From the human T2T-CHM13v2.0 reference genome, Homo sapiens, in NCBI RefSeq assembly GCF_009914755.1, contig NC_060935.1: a stretch of DNA of 64,000 nt; one strand, 5' to 3'. Below, piece by piece: positions 1 through 13,355 of the stretch; position 1 is the stretch's first letter; each line of letters begins with the position of its first letter. The position numbers and the translations under genes are program-made. Under the pieces are notes generated by a model. That model was not told where the DNA came from, did not search any database, and worked only from the letters and a program-made list of their open reading frames with translations.

Positions 1-189
1 TCACCTCTCTATCTTTATGCTTGTTTTCATTTTGTCTGTTTTTATTTAACTTCTTAAAATCTTCCCCAAAGTTCTGTTATCAGGGAGACATCTTGGTCTG
101 GGAATATGCCTTCCCTCTTCAATAGAATTCATGTAAGTTTCCTGAGGATTGGCACTGTGTTTGATCCATTGAGATAGCTCCGTAATAAA

Positions 190-380
190 AATAACTGGCA
201 TTTATTAAGCACTTACTTTGTGTCTGAAATTGTGCTGTGCCCTTTACATGTTTAGTTCCCTTAATGCTCACATCTGTTCTATGAGAGAGGTGTTCTTCTT
301 ATCTGCATTTTATAATTAAGGAAATAGAAGCTAGGGGATGTTAAGAAACTTTCACAGGTTCACACAGCTACTCAGTGCCA
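190..380 (-). mobile_element. MIR SINE
   Basis: 'catttattaagcacttactttgtg...ggaaatagaagct...gttaagaaactt...ggttcacacagcta' matches the reverse-strand MIR core; ends approximate. Confidence 0.75.
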
Positions 381-689
381 CAGATGCTTCACCAATATGC
401 AATACAGTCTTCCTGCAGCTATCCCGGTGCCCATGATGACTTCTTATTCTGTGTTTGTTGAATGAATGTTGTGTTAAGGCATGGATTCTGTTTCCAGTTC
501 TGCTGCTAACTGGAGTAATCTCCTCGAAATAATTGAGCTCATTCTTTTTATCTACCGCCTCCCACAGATCCCAGTACAGAGTAAGTATTCAGTAAGTATT
601 TAATAAATGCATGCTAAATAAATGGGTGAATGAGTGCTTGATCCCAGAATTCTCTTCTACATCTAACAGCCTATGACTGTAGCTTATAT

Positions 690-900
690 GGATCTCCTCT
701 TCCCTGACCTCTCATAGCACACTTGATGTTTAGACATTTGATTTGATTTGATTTCATCTTTTGTTGGTTCTAACTGTTTAGTGTGTGTGTTTTGTATTTC
801 CGAATAGATTACATTTTATTTCCTTGGTATTCCCCACAGTGCCTAGCCCAGTGCCTAGATGTCATGAGTGCTCAGTAAATATATATTGCAATGGGATTGA
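690..900 (+). mobile_element. L2 LINE 3' end fragment
   Basis: 'tattccccacagtgcctagcccagtgcct...gtgctcagtaaatatat' is the typical L2 3' terminus. Confidence 0.6.
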
Positions 901-3020
901 GTATCGCTTCAGCACACTTCAAGCCAGAAGAAACACTGAAATTAGTCACCTCCTGGGCTATTGTTTTCCTCTTTAGAGAAGCTGTCATGCAGTTTCTGCT
1001 AAACAGATGTTTTGGACAGGTCAGGGAGCAGAATCCAGGCTGCGGCTAATGGCACAATTTGACATCCTGCCACAGTTTACCCACCCATCTGCCCATAAGG
1101 GCTGGTCCCCAGATAGAAAGGGTATTTACGAAGCTCTTAGTAAATCCAGAGGACAATCATGTAAAAGATAGACTCTTAGATAATTGATAAAATTTCTCTG
1201 AGTGAGTGGAACCCTTAGGTTGTTGTAAACATGTGTACATGCTTGCACGTGCACACACAAGACTCAACTTTGAACCTTGAGGGAAAAATTAGACTCTCAA
1301 CCTTGCTCCTTTCTGATGAATGGGAACAAAACCAATTCTCAGAGGGTAAATAGGATGGGGAAATGCAGACAGGCTCATCAGTGCCCAAGGAAACCAAGAA
1401 GGGCCACCGGAGTGTCAAGGCTCTCCAGGGAAAATGTGGGTTTCTACAGCATGGGAGACTCCAGAGACTTTAACACGCACCAACTGAAATCAAGGCTGCT
1501 CGGTGCATGTGTTGGTTTCATGGCATGGATATTTATACAAGAAAGATAAACCCTCTAGGAAGTGATTAAGAGAAAAATCAAAAGAAAGACTGAAAAGCCT
1601 GGGCCTGGAGTGACGCCCACCTACCCTTAGATACCTCCCCTGTACCTAATGGACTTGATATTCTTTGCAAATAGGCATAATCACTACTGTTTTGCAATTT
1701 CGTGAATAATCTACCCTTGGAGGGAATGAAGTTTCTTATCCTATTCTGCCAGCCTCCTCAGCCACCCTCCCTCTCCCCCAGCCTATAATCTAAGGACTCC
1801 ACCTCTCCCCCTCACACACTATTACAGAGTTTGTTTGAGGAGTGTACAAGTGCCTTCTAGAAAGAGGCAGACTGGGTATTCGTTTACTCTAGTGCTATCA
1901 TCCCTCCCCATTGGATGCATCTGAGGAAGGTGAATTACTTGGGGCTGCCTCTATATCTTAAAATCCTTCCACACGTCAGATAGAAAATCACTTTGCAATT
2001 ATATTTTTACCAGGCACTTTAAGGCAAGGACAGTGTCCCCTTCATCTGAGACCCTCTGGTGCCTGGCACAGGGCATGGTGCTTAGTAGGTATTTAATAAA
2101 TACTTGCTGAGTGCATGAATGAAAGAAATTCTAGGAAGGTTTGAGATATACCTAGACTAGTGTGGTGGATGTTTTATATCCTTTTTAAATCTACTTTCTA
2201 CCCTATGAGAATGTTGAGCATATGAGAATTCAAGGGCAAAAAGAAAAAAGAATGAATTTACTGTGAAAGTCATCTAGTAAAGTTGAGTGCCTTTCTCAAA
2301 AAAAAAAAAAAAAAAGACTGACCAGTTCTTTTACTGGGGGACTTGAAAGCTTACAAAAGAGAAAGGAGGGTGGGAAAAAGGAGGGAAGGGAAAACACTTT
2401 CCCCACTATAGGGAGGGCTGGAACTGTGAACAAAAGCCCTATGATTCACCCAAGAATAGAAGCTTAAAGGACTCCAACTACATGCCAAGGCGCCAGAGGT
2501 CCTGCCAGCCTCAGCTCATGTGGGGCATTTGCCCTTTGATGCAGCCAAGAAAGGGATTTCAGCAGCAAATGGTGACCTTAGAACAGCTGTGCTGGAGGGC
2601 CAACGACCCCCTTAACCTCACCCTGACCCTAACTCCCTCCCCTCCTAAATGCTAAAGGGAGCAAATGAAAGAGTTAATGATTAGACTAGAAAAATCAAGA
2701 CTGTGTTGTCCATAGAATTACTTATCAGAAAAAAATACGGAGGCAATTAAGGAAGAAATGTAAACTATACCTTGCTAGAGGTGGGAGAGAAGGGAGAACA
2801 GTAGTGGGAGGTAGGGATGACCAGTGAGCACAGAGATGATGGAGGCTTCTGCAATAGATGGCTCAGCACACACTCAGTGCCTGCCACGAGCAACGGCTTC
2901 TCTGGCCACCATTTAAAGGGAACCTGTTATTTCCACTTCATAGATGAGAAAGCTGAGGCTTTGGCAAAGCCGAGTGACAAGACCAAGGCTCCACTGCCAG
3001 ACCAGAGCCAGAATTTTTAA

Positions 3021-3318
3021 TTCTTTTAGACAGGATCTCACTTTGTTGCCAAGGCTAGATGCAATGGTGTGATTATGGCTCACTGCAGCCTTGATCTCCT
3101 GAGCTCAAGTGATCCTCCTACCTCAGCCTCCTGAGAAATAGCTGGGACTATAGGTGCATGCCACCATGCTCTGCTAATTTTTTTTGGGGGGGAGGTGGGG
3201 GTAAAGATAGGGTTTCACCTTGTTGCCCAGGTGGATCTCAAACTTCTGGACTCAAGTGATCCTCCTGCCTCAGACTCCTGAAGTGCCGGGATTACAGGCA
3301 TGAACTGCTGTGCTCTTC
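3021..3318 (-). mobile_element. AluJ, inserted in a MIR
   Basis: Dimeric Alu with J-type 'gctcactgcagccttgatctcctgagctcaagtgatcctcc'; degenerate TSD CCAGAGCCAGAATTT/CCAGAATCAGGATTT; MIR-like flanks. Confidence 0.9.
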
Positions 3319-3929
3319 CCAGAATCAGGATTTAATGCTAAGTGTGTCAGATGTCATTGCAAAGTGTAGTGAAGTGGAACTTAAGGAGGGAAGGAAACAC
3401 TTTCTTTTATCTTTCTTGATGTTTCTCTTTCACTATTGCAATTGTAACAGCTTTCTCTGAGCTGTTAAGACTGCCTGTTCTCTTGGCATAGAACTAAAAT
3501 AAAACTAAACATAAGCCAACCTGAATAATTAAATATTTATCGAATTTCTACTATGAGTTAGGAGTGTTACTCTGAGCTGGGGATACAAAGTGAGTAAAAC
3601 ACCGAGGTAGAGGGTTTTCATAAGATGGAGGTGAAATGCTTTAAGAAAGCAAGTATGGGAACATTAAGTCTTCTGATAGGAGGGGAATTAACTGAAGCTT
3701 CTGCAATAAGCTGTTATTTTGGAGGGCAAGATAGGGAACGGCATTTCAGACAGAAGGAACCGCATGCACAGAAGTGTGGAGTCTGACAGCTCCTGCATTT
3801 CAAGTGCAGGGATTCCTCCAGGCTGTTTGCTGGGGAGAAAGGAAAGGTCATAGTCAGCCTGCAAGATCTGCTGCCTTCATGTATGTGTGTTGCTTGGTTT
3901 TTGGAGTAGTGGTGTTTGTGGTGATTTTC

Positions 3930-4815
3930 ATTTATTGTAGTAAAATATACATAACATCAAATTTACCACTTTAACCATTTTAAATGTAAAATTTACTGGC
4001 ATTAACTACGTTCACAGTGTTGCACAACTATTACAACCATCTCCAGAATTTTTTTTAAATCATCCCAAACAGAAAATACATCCCCATTAAACAAGAACTC
4101 CCCATTCTCCACCCCACTCCTCCAGCTCCTGGTAACTTTCTGTTTCTCTGAATTTGCCTATTCTAGGCATTTTATGGAAGTGAAATCATTCATTCGTCAT
4201 TTTTAGCTGGCTTGTTTCATTTAGCGTAAGGTTTTCAAGATGTATCTATGTTGTAGCGGGTATCGGAACTCTACTCCTTTTTGTGGCTGAAAACTCCTCC
4301 AGTGTATGCATATATCACATTGTGATCACCCACTCCTCTGTCATAGACACTGGGTTGTTTCCACTTTGGGGCTACTGTGAATAATGCTGCTATGAGCACT
4401 GGTCTACATGTATCTGTTCAAGTCCCTGCTTTCTATTCCTTTAGGTGTATACCCAGAAGTGGAAGAGCAGGGTCAAATGGTAACTTGACGTTTCATTTAT
4501 TTGAGGAACTGCTAAGCTGTCTTCCACAGCAACTGCACCATTGTACATTCTCACCAACAGTGTACAAGGATTCTGGTTTCTCGACATCCTCAGTAGCACT
4601 GACTGTTTTCTATTTTTCTTTTTACATAACACATTCTAATGGGTGTGAAGCACTATCTTATTGTGGTTTTGATTTGCATTTCTCTAATGATCAGTGATGC
4701 TGAATGTTATTTTCATGTGTTTATGGCCTGGTATGTATCTTTTTTGGAGAAACGTCTATTCAAGTCCTTTCCTCTTTTTTAAGTTGAGTTTTTCATTGTT
4801 GTTTTGTTGTTGAAT
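3930..4815 (-). mobile_element. L1MB-type LINE-1 3' fragment (ORF2 C-terminus + 3'UTR)
   Basis: 'aaaatatacataacatcaaatttaccactttaaccatttt', 'tgaataatgctgctatgagca', 'gtggttttgatttgcatttctctaatga' are L1M 3' hallmarks; ORF 4441..4632(-) is a decayed ORF2 tail. Confidence 0.9.
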
Positions 4816-5424
4816 ATATAAGTTGTGACTACCAGGAGATCTAGTATTGGAACAAAATGTCACCACTAAAGGTGCAGGCTTATTTTTGTTTAAGTTTAAT
4901 AAAACACAGCTCTGCCTTGCTGAGATGTGAGACTGAAAAAAATATTTAAATAATTTTTATTGTTGTTGTTCTTGTTCTTGTTCTTATACATTTTCCTGAA
5001 TAAGTGACTCTTCTAGACTCCCCCATGGCCAAAAGTAATAAAACTCATAGCAGAAGTGGGAATGGCAAGCTAAATAACAACCCAGGAAAACCACTGCAAA
5101 ATCGTCTGCAGATGTAAATCATACTTTGTGAAAGCCATTGGATTAGAAACACATTATCCTTGTCTGATTCGCTCACACCCACATGTTCCTAGTAAGCGTC
5201 GAGCGTGATTTACACCCTGACATTTAAGGAACTGGGAAAGGGTGATGCTGCGCGGCCTTGATAAATGCCTTTCTCTGTGTCTGTTACACCAGCCCAGGAG
5301 AGAATGGGGTAGACGTCTCCATCACTGAAATGGGGGGCCTGGGCCTTCTGCTTAAATGGCTTCTCTGCCCAGCCCTGACTCAATCAGGAAAAGCAAAGTA
5401 GCTGCTTGGCCCAATGACTATAGC

Positions 5425-5575
5425 CCAGGATTGGAAGATCAGAATTTCTGGCTTCAAATCCTCACCTGCCCGTGTCATTGAGGTGGGCTTAGAGCATCCC
5501 TTCTGTGAAATGGGGGCAGGAGTCGTGGCTACAGGATTGTTTTATGCTTCCTGTGAAATAAGGCAGGTTCTACAT
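5425..5575 (+). mobile_element. MIR fragment
   Basis: 'ggcttcaaatcctcac...cttctgtgaaatgggggc...caggattgtt' MIR core. Confidence 0.55.
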
Positions 5576-6224
5576 GCATAGTCAATCTGCCAGGAAATAC
5601 AGTTGGAGAGATAGATGCTGCAGGAGGAAAGAAAGCTCACAACAAGGGGAGAAGAGGCTACAAGCAGCCACGCAGACATTGAAAAACAAACCGCAGGTTT
5701 TGTCCAGCAACAAAAGCCAATGATATCTAAGAACTAGAAGTGTATTTGCTGTGTTTTCCCATAGATTTGAAGCCCCCTGTCCCACGACACAGTCTTCCCC
5801 ACCCAGGGAGGGATCCAGGGACGCGTGTATTTCTCCGTTCACCTCTCATTCCTTACTGGGCCTTGGCATTTCCAGGCAGTGCTGCTCCATAAACACTCAT
5901 CCTAATGGCTCCTCTGGGGTCTGGAGGGGGGCGGTTAGCTGCATTCGTGAATTCAGCATTCAGTCCCTCATATCCTTCAATTCAAGTGAACAGCTGGCAG
6001 TAGATAGTGATAGCAAGGAAAGAAGCCATCACTTTGTTGGATGTTTCCCTGAATAATAAGTGAACTGCTTACGACATTTCTGAGAGCATCCAAACAGCCA
6101 TCACCCAGCCACGGCCACGACCAGGCTACTCAGCAGGGGGAGCAGCCTCTCTAGAGTTTGAAACATGGGTGAAGTGGAAGCTCTCCTGATGCTCATGGAT
6201 ATGAACACTAAGACATCAGACCAG

Positions 6225-6281
6225 ACACACATGCACACATGCATGCACACACATGCACACACACACACGCACCCCACACAC
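6225..6281. repeat. imperfect (CA)n microsatellite
   Basis: acacacatgcacacatgcatgcacacacatgcacacacacacacgcac. Confidence 0.85.
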
Positions 6282-6299
6282 TTTAGAATTAAGTTTTAG

Positions 6300-6450
6300 T
6301 TATTAGCTTGTGAAGCATCCCTGAATCTTGGTCCCCTCCTCTTTAAGATGGGGGTAACACCTTACCAACGATCTCCTGGTAACATTAAATAGGGCAGGAT
6401 GTGAGACAGTCTCTGGTACATCATAGGTTTTCAAAAATGTTTAGTCCTTT
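6300..6450 (+). mobile_element. MIR fragment
   Basis: 'ttagcttgtga...ctcctctttaagatgggggtaacac...ctggtacatcatagg'. Confidence 0.55.
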
Positions 6451-9400
6451 AGCTCCTCACCCAACATAAAAGAAAATCTTGCGCTTGTTCCTTTGCCCAG
6501 ATAACAAACCTTATTCTGATATTTTGGGGACAGCACAGGACTGGAAGAAAAAAAGAAACTTTTCTAACCGTCACATTGATTTCCCTTTTGGGCACACAGA
6601 GCCATTACTGAAAAGTCACTTGCTGAAGTGGTTGTACTGTGGCCTCTGCAGGAAAGGGGATGTGCTAAGGCCAAGCCAGGCTGCTGGAGTGCCTGGAGCA
6701 CAAAGCCCTTCTGAGCATGCTGAGCCCTTGATGACTGGCGTGGACTCGGCCCCCACTCCCTGCACAATCATGCAGCACAAATCCCTGTATTTTCAATGGA
6801 AGGAGCCGCTCCAGTGGCGCTGAAGAAAGATGGAAAAAATCCTTTTCTTGCAGGCAGGTTTGCTCTGCAACCACCACTGAAGGTGTTTTAAAATTCACCT
6901 TGAGTTTGCCTCTCAGGTCCTTGATGCTGCTCGCGGAGGGAAGGTAGATGAAGGAGGCTCGTTCGTCTGCGTGCCATTGTGTCTAGGGTGGTCCCGGGGA
7001 CAGGTGTTAGCTCTCTGGGACAGCCAAAGGACGATGGGCCCTCAGCAGAAGGAGGACTTAATTAATCGGTGCATTGATTGCCTACTGTGAGTCAGGTGCT
7101 GTGCTAGTGGAGGCAGGGGAACAAGGCACTATCTTGTCTTCCGGCATCTTAAATTCTAGCCAAGGGTGTAAACAGTTATATGGCAATAAAAGAAATAAAT
7201 AACAACTCAAATCAATAATATGGGAAATGTCACACTATACTCTGGTCCATGATTGAAACGGAGAGGACATTAGGGGCTATGGGAAGAGATCAGTTATTAG
7301 CTGCTTCCTGCAGGCCTCTGACCATAAAACAAGCAAATATTTCTAAGGACCCCTATGCTCATCGCCTCGTCTGATGCTATTTTGAAATTCTTGTCAGTCT
7401 GTTAACTGCTATACAAATGGCATAAAGGTTCTTATGAGAATCCCTGTCCCCTCCCATTCCAGGTGCACAGGCTTCACACTTAAGTCCTCAAAGGAAAGAA
7501 GGCAAACATTGCAATTACCCCAAGAGGAGCTTAGCATGCCACATGCTCTGTGTGTATCTCCCTTGGAACAGTTATCACAGAGCCTTGATTCTCACCTGCC
7601 TCCCTCATGGGACCACAGACTATTCAAAGAAAGGGCCTGGTCGAATCTGCTTCTGTAGCTTCTCCTTGGCCACCGCTTGGGATAATGACTGACACATAGA
7701 AACCACACCGAAAACATGGTTGAACGAGTGCTTATAGAATGCTACTGACTTACTGTGTTGCCACTGGCATATAGGTCTGATATCCGTGGAAGAACTGCTA
7801 AGAGTGGACAATGTTTTGCCAGAAAGAATGAATGCTTCCTTGTCAAAAAGCCAGTATTGTAACAGAGGTGTGGGTTGGGTGGTTGGGTAGTAGCACTCAC
7901 CTTATTTCCACTTTTCCTCAATAGAATAACTTGCGGGGTGGGGTCTGTGTTTAACGGTATCTTCCCTAAGGCAGTTCCAATAGGCAAATGGGTACTTGCA
8001 CCCCAACAGCCATAGGAGGAGGGTTCTTGTTCTTGTTCAGGTTGGGCAGAAGAGATGGGCAGGGGTACAAGGTGGTAAAGTGCAATGTACTTGTACCCCT
8101 AAAATTTCCCAAGCCTGCTATGTGAATGCTGTCCAGCCCTGATGGCAAATCAGAAAAGTGGATGCCCAGGAGAGAGCAAACCACTGGCACATGAGCAGAC
8201 AGCACCAACAATGAGCGATTATTTGTGGAGCACGCATTACATTTACTCAGCATCACCCTGGTTACTGGGGGACATGCACATAGAGTATGGAGCCCACAGG
8301 TAGTAAGTGCTTTATTAGAGTTTGTTAAGTAAACATGTAATTACATAGAAGATAAACTAAAGTTTTTATTATTTTTATATGAAAGTTATCAAACATACAG
8401 AAAAGATGAAAGATTTTTACAGTTAAGACCCATAAACCCATCACTAGATTCTACAATTAACACTTAATTTAATTCTCTTTATCAGAAATTTACCTGCTAC
8501 TCATCCATCAATCTGACACTTTTGATTGTATAAAGGTAGATTCTACTTGAGGAAACATGATGTATACGCATGAAACAATTACTCAGTATTTTCTAGGACG
8601 ACGCTAAATAGTGAGACAGAGGCACACATCTGGATGGAGTTAAGAAGGTGATCATCCGTGAGGAATAATATGTTCAGAGACTGTTTCATGGAGGGAAGTG
8701 GGCCTGGAAGAATGTACAAGATTTGCGTAGGAAAAGGGAGAAAGGGTGGTCTTTAGGTGTGCGGAGTCATATAAATAATGCCCGGGGGGACCCAGCCCAG
8801 AGGAAAGGTGAGTGGCATCCCTCTGCCCAGTGTTACACCTGGCTTCCAGCCAGCCTGAGGCTGTTCTGGTGCCCGTGGACTCAGACCACCCTCATCATCC
8901 TAAACATCACCGACCTGGGGGATGAAAGCTCAGTGTGAATACCTCCGAGGCACTGCAGACCTTGAGGGAGCTGGGTGCCTCTCTTGCTGAGTGACTCATA
9001 GTAGGCATTCAAGAGAAAGGTCCACAGGGATGAGCTTCTTCATCTAGAGTGAAGTTTAAAAAAAAAAAAAAAAAACAATTGAGTTGGATATGTGTGAAAC
9101 ATGGGAAATTGAAAAACAAAAAGGAAATGAGTGAATTTGAGGCCCCATCTTGACAACCCCTGATAAAGACCAGAGAGCTTGTCTGCCTGTCTCCCAAGCA
9201 GGGGCAGTAACATAGACCTGACTGAAAGCAACACGTGAGCCTGAGGAAGAGCTGCCACCTTCCGGTGGGGCACCCACAATAGACAGCTGCGCAGGGTATA
9301 AGCAACTTGTGCGTCCGGGGCTGACAGAGCCGCTGAACAACCACACCTCCTCCCAGGTGCCATCTTGGGAAGAGGCTTCTGAAGATCAGCTTCAAAAGGC

Positions 9401-10614
9401 TCTTATTACTTAAGGTCCTTCCTGGGACATTTGCTGGTAATGGGAGTCAGATGCAATCCTCGCTTGTGCTTAAAAGGCAGACAAGATGGTGCAGAGCAAT
9501 TACTGAGTATGTCTGCACAATTTTGAAAACCAGCTACCTGTCCCTTGGCAGGAGAGGCTTTGGCTGCCTGCAGCTGGAATGCTCTACCTTGCCTTTGTTT
9601 TTCTCTTTTCTTCCGCTGTCTCCCAGCACTGCCCTCCCAATTCACCTGCATTGTTTCTACCTCCTTCCAGTCACTGCACTAAGCATGGATTCCATCTGTT
9701 CGGGGCTCCCTGGAGAAGGAACACACACCTTCACTCTGCAGTGGTCACCCAGTGCTGCGCTGGTCAGCACACAAGCAGGGGACCCTGTACTGACAGAACA
9801 AAGGACAGCTGCTCTGTGAGTGGTCCAGCCATGCTCGGGCCGGGAGGAATTCATGCAGCACACAAGAGGGATAAGCACATTCATTTTGTGACGCAGCCTC
9901 TGTGTACTTTGTCAGCAAAATGGAGAACACTCACTATTTTCTCTGGCTTTTAGGATTTCCATATTTATTGCTTGTTTGCTACCACTGGGGAGAAGGGAAG
10001 AGGAGAAAACAACAACTTTCTTCATTTGAAATTTTAAAACATGAACATGTGAGGTTTACCCTCCCTCCCCTGTTCCCCTGCAATTCCAGCAATGCACAGG
10101 ACTGTAGAATGTTACAGCTGGAAGCCCTTGAGAAATCTAAACAATAGTGCCTCATTTTACACGCGAGAAAATCACGGACAGGAGGTGAAGGGGCATGGTC
10201 AAAGTCACATACCTAGTTAGTGGCAGCCCTGAGACTAGCATTGGTGTCTGCAGAATCTTATTTTTCTTATTGCTGTGCTATGTGGGTTCTGTTTCTATTC
10301 AAGTCAAGAATCCTACCACGTGTAGGAGATCCTACTCTGTATATGGTACTGTGCAAGACGCTATCCACTACCTGCTTTAATCCTGCCAGTGCCCCGCTGG
10401 GGTAGGATTTACTTCCATCGGTTCAGTTGTTATAGTTAGTGCCTGATCACGGGGCTGGAGGAGCTCTGGAGCAGAGCTCAGGCAAAGGCTGTTGGTGCTC
10501 TCTGGACTGTCCTGTCCTGTAAAGGTGGACATACAGGATAAACACGAAGCAGTAAGGAGCAAAGTGCCTGGCTGGCAGGAACACACTAGTTGTTTGTTAA
10601 AGGGCAAGGTGGGA

Positions 10615-10795
10615 ATGATGTTGGTCAATGGGTACAAAATTTCAGCTAGAGGGAATAAGTTTTTGAGCTCTATTGTACAGCATGGGGACTACAGTTAATA
10701 ATGTGTTGCACATTTCAAAATTGCTAAGAGAGTAAATTTCAAATGTTCTCACCATAAAAATAAGTATGTGAAGGGATTGGGCATGTTAACTTAGC
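10615..10795 (+). mobile_element. L1MA-type 3'UTR fragment, cut off by the adjacent Alu
   Basis: 'gggtacaaaatttcagctaga...ctattgtacagcatggggactacagttaataat...ttcaaaattgctaagagagtaaatttcaaatgttctcacca'. Confidence 0.85.
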
Positions 10796-11107
10796 TTTTT
10801 TTTTTTTTTTTTTTTTTTTAATTTTTTTGAGAAAAGGTCTTGCTCTGTTTCCCAGGCTGGAGTGCAGTGATGTAATCACAGCTCACCGCAGTCTCTACCT
10901 CCCAGTATCAAGCAATCCTCCCACCTCAGCCTCCTTAGTAGCTGGGACTTCAAGCGCATGCCACCATACCCAGCTAATTTTTGTTTGTTTGTTTGTTTTT
11001 GCAGAGATGACGTTCTACAATGTTGCTCAGGTTGGTCTTGCACTCCTGGGCTCAAGCAATCCTCCTGCCTCAGCTTCCCAAAGTGGTAGGATTACAGGCA
11101 TAAGCCA
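10796..11107 (-). mobile_element. AluJ
   Basis: Poly(T), then 'cccaggctggagtgcagtg...ctcctgggctcaagcaatcctcctgcctcagc'; source of spurious ORF 10827..11186. Confidence 0.93.
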
Positions 11108-11763
11108 AAAAGCCAATCCATCAAGGAGCCAGGAAGGCTTTGCAGAAGTTCCTTCTGGAAGAATTTCAGCCAATAGCCAATATTGAAGGAATTAGAGGGA
11201 AGGTATTTCAGGCAGAATGGAGAGGAAGAATCAGGATGTGTTCAGGGAAGAGCATGTAGGCGAATGTGAATGGGGATGAACGCTTGTGCACCAATAGAGA
11301 AAAGTGGGGCTGGAAAGGGGTTCAGTAATTTATGGGATGATATTAATTGGGGCCCATCATGTTTGGGGCACTCTTGTAGGCCTGTGACTTAGCAGACAAG
11401 GATGGGAAGCACCTACTCACACACAGATAGTGCCGTGATGGCCAGGGCCTGAGAGCCTAATTCCATGGGACCATTTGAGGTAAGACCTGAATGACAAGAA
11501 GAAGTGGGCTCTGAGAATAATCAGGGCCAGAGAGCTCTCCAGGCAAAGAAAAGGAAAGCAAAGGGCTTTGAGGCAAGAACTAGAGACCCTGTGGAATGAA
11601 TAGAGGTGGACTTACCAGCAGGAGAGGAGCTGGGGCATGGGAGTGGAGGTGAGACCAGGCAGAGCCTGCAGTGCACTGCAGGAGGTTGAACTCTATCTGA
11701 GCTACTAGGAGAATGAGAGGCCCTATGTTATCTGGCCTCTGCCTCTATCCTGGACCTCATCTC

Positions 11764-11876
11764 CATGGGAAAAACTCATCTCTGTTTGTGCCCAAGACTC
11801 TTCCAGTTTTAGCACTGAAAGTCTCAAATCCAAGGAACACACGAAGTTCCAGGCAGGCGGGCAGTTGGTCACCTTA
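11764..11876 (-). mobile_element. MER81-like non-autonomous hAT (Blackjack) DNA transposon
   Basis: 'ccagttttagcactgaaagtc...gcagttggtcacctta' matches the recalled MER81 consensus including one TIR (GTTGGTCACCCTA); length ~113 bp. Confidence 0.75.
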
Positions 11877-12027
11877 GCTCCCACCTCATCCTTGCTCACT
11901 ACGGTCCTGTCACAACAATGTGGGAACATGCTGTGGAGTCCCTTAAAAAGCTCTGGCTGATTCATTAGAAAATGCATAGCAACTCAACATTTCTGAAAAC
12001 AGGACTAACATAATTAAAGCTATTTAA

Positions 12028-12335
<308 letters not shown>

Positions 12336-12719
12336 AGCTATTTAAGCATTTTTTAAAGATACTGACGACCTCCAAGGCCATTCAACTTACATAAAAATGC
12401 CTTTCTGTGGAAATTTGGGCATTCCTTTGGCTATGGAGAGGGTAGTAGGTCAATTGGCATGGCTGAATATAAAAAAGATCTTCTCCGTCCAGATGTTTCT
12501 GTTCACATCCTCTTGTGCAGCATAGTTTGGAATATTTCATCTTCATTCTTCAAGACTTAAAGGTGTATCACTACAGTAAACAGAACTTAAAGGAACAGGC
12601 CTTTGCATGGCAGCCCAGCTGAATCTGCACAAGGCCCTTATCTAAAGCCAGTTGTGAGAGAAATACAGTAGCCTCTGTGCTCATTACCTCTAGAATTGCA
12701 TTTTCTAGCTTCTCATTAG

Positions 12720-13190
12720 GAAGCGGTGACATCAGAATAGGACCCTGCCCCTTTAAGAGTCTTTCCCAAGATAATGGAATTCATGATCTCACAATCACAT
12801 AAATCACTGCCAGCCCCCTTGAGTCAATTCATACTTCTGTAGTTCGTTAGTGGCACGAGAGGAAATTGCATTTATTATAATTGCCTCTAATTGCACCAGA
12901 TTAGTGATTACAATTATTGATGGCAGCTGATTATTCATTAGGCATCAAATCAATCCCCGTGCTTCTTCATTACTCGAAACAGTAACTCTGATGAGAGGTC
13001 TAAAGGAGGCCATGTCCACCCTTTCCACTAAATGGCAGGCTGCCTCCCCGTCCTGCCTCGAAACAAACACCTGAAAATAATTTAGGACTTAAAGTGACAG
13101 AGAACCATCCCTCGCCTTCCGCCATGTAATGCCTCATCCCGAACCCAGCACTAACTGATGAAATTACGGAGGCTGTTAAACATCACCAAA
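12720..13190. promoter_or_regulatory. Candidate developmental enhancer / conserved non-coding element
   Basis: No recognisable repeat; CATAAATCA (PBX-HOX, 12798), TGAGTCA (AP-1, 12820), TAATTGC x2 (12878, 12888), CAATTA, CAGCTG, ATCAAATCAAT, TGACAG. Confidence 0.5.
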
Positions 13191-13355
13191 GACTATTTGG
13201 AGGTCCCAGAACGCTCCAGAATTGCTAGCTTTTCCTGGATGCCCTTCTTGGTTGCAAAATGAAAATTTCAGAGTTTCCTGGGTTACTTCTGGAATATATG
13301 TTACCTACAATACATAAAGAGAGTAGACCTTACAGCCACACAGGCCAGACTTAAA

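Noticed and set aside
2608-2645. Interstitial telomeric repeat (cccttaacctcaccctgaccctaac)
   Set aside because: Only one exact CCCTAA; too short and degenerate.
13023-13037. CTCF motif CCACTAAATGGCAG
   Set aside because: Mismatch at the near-invariant G of the AG core.
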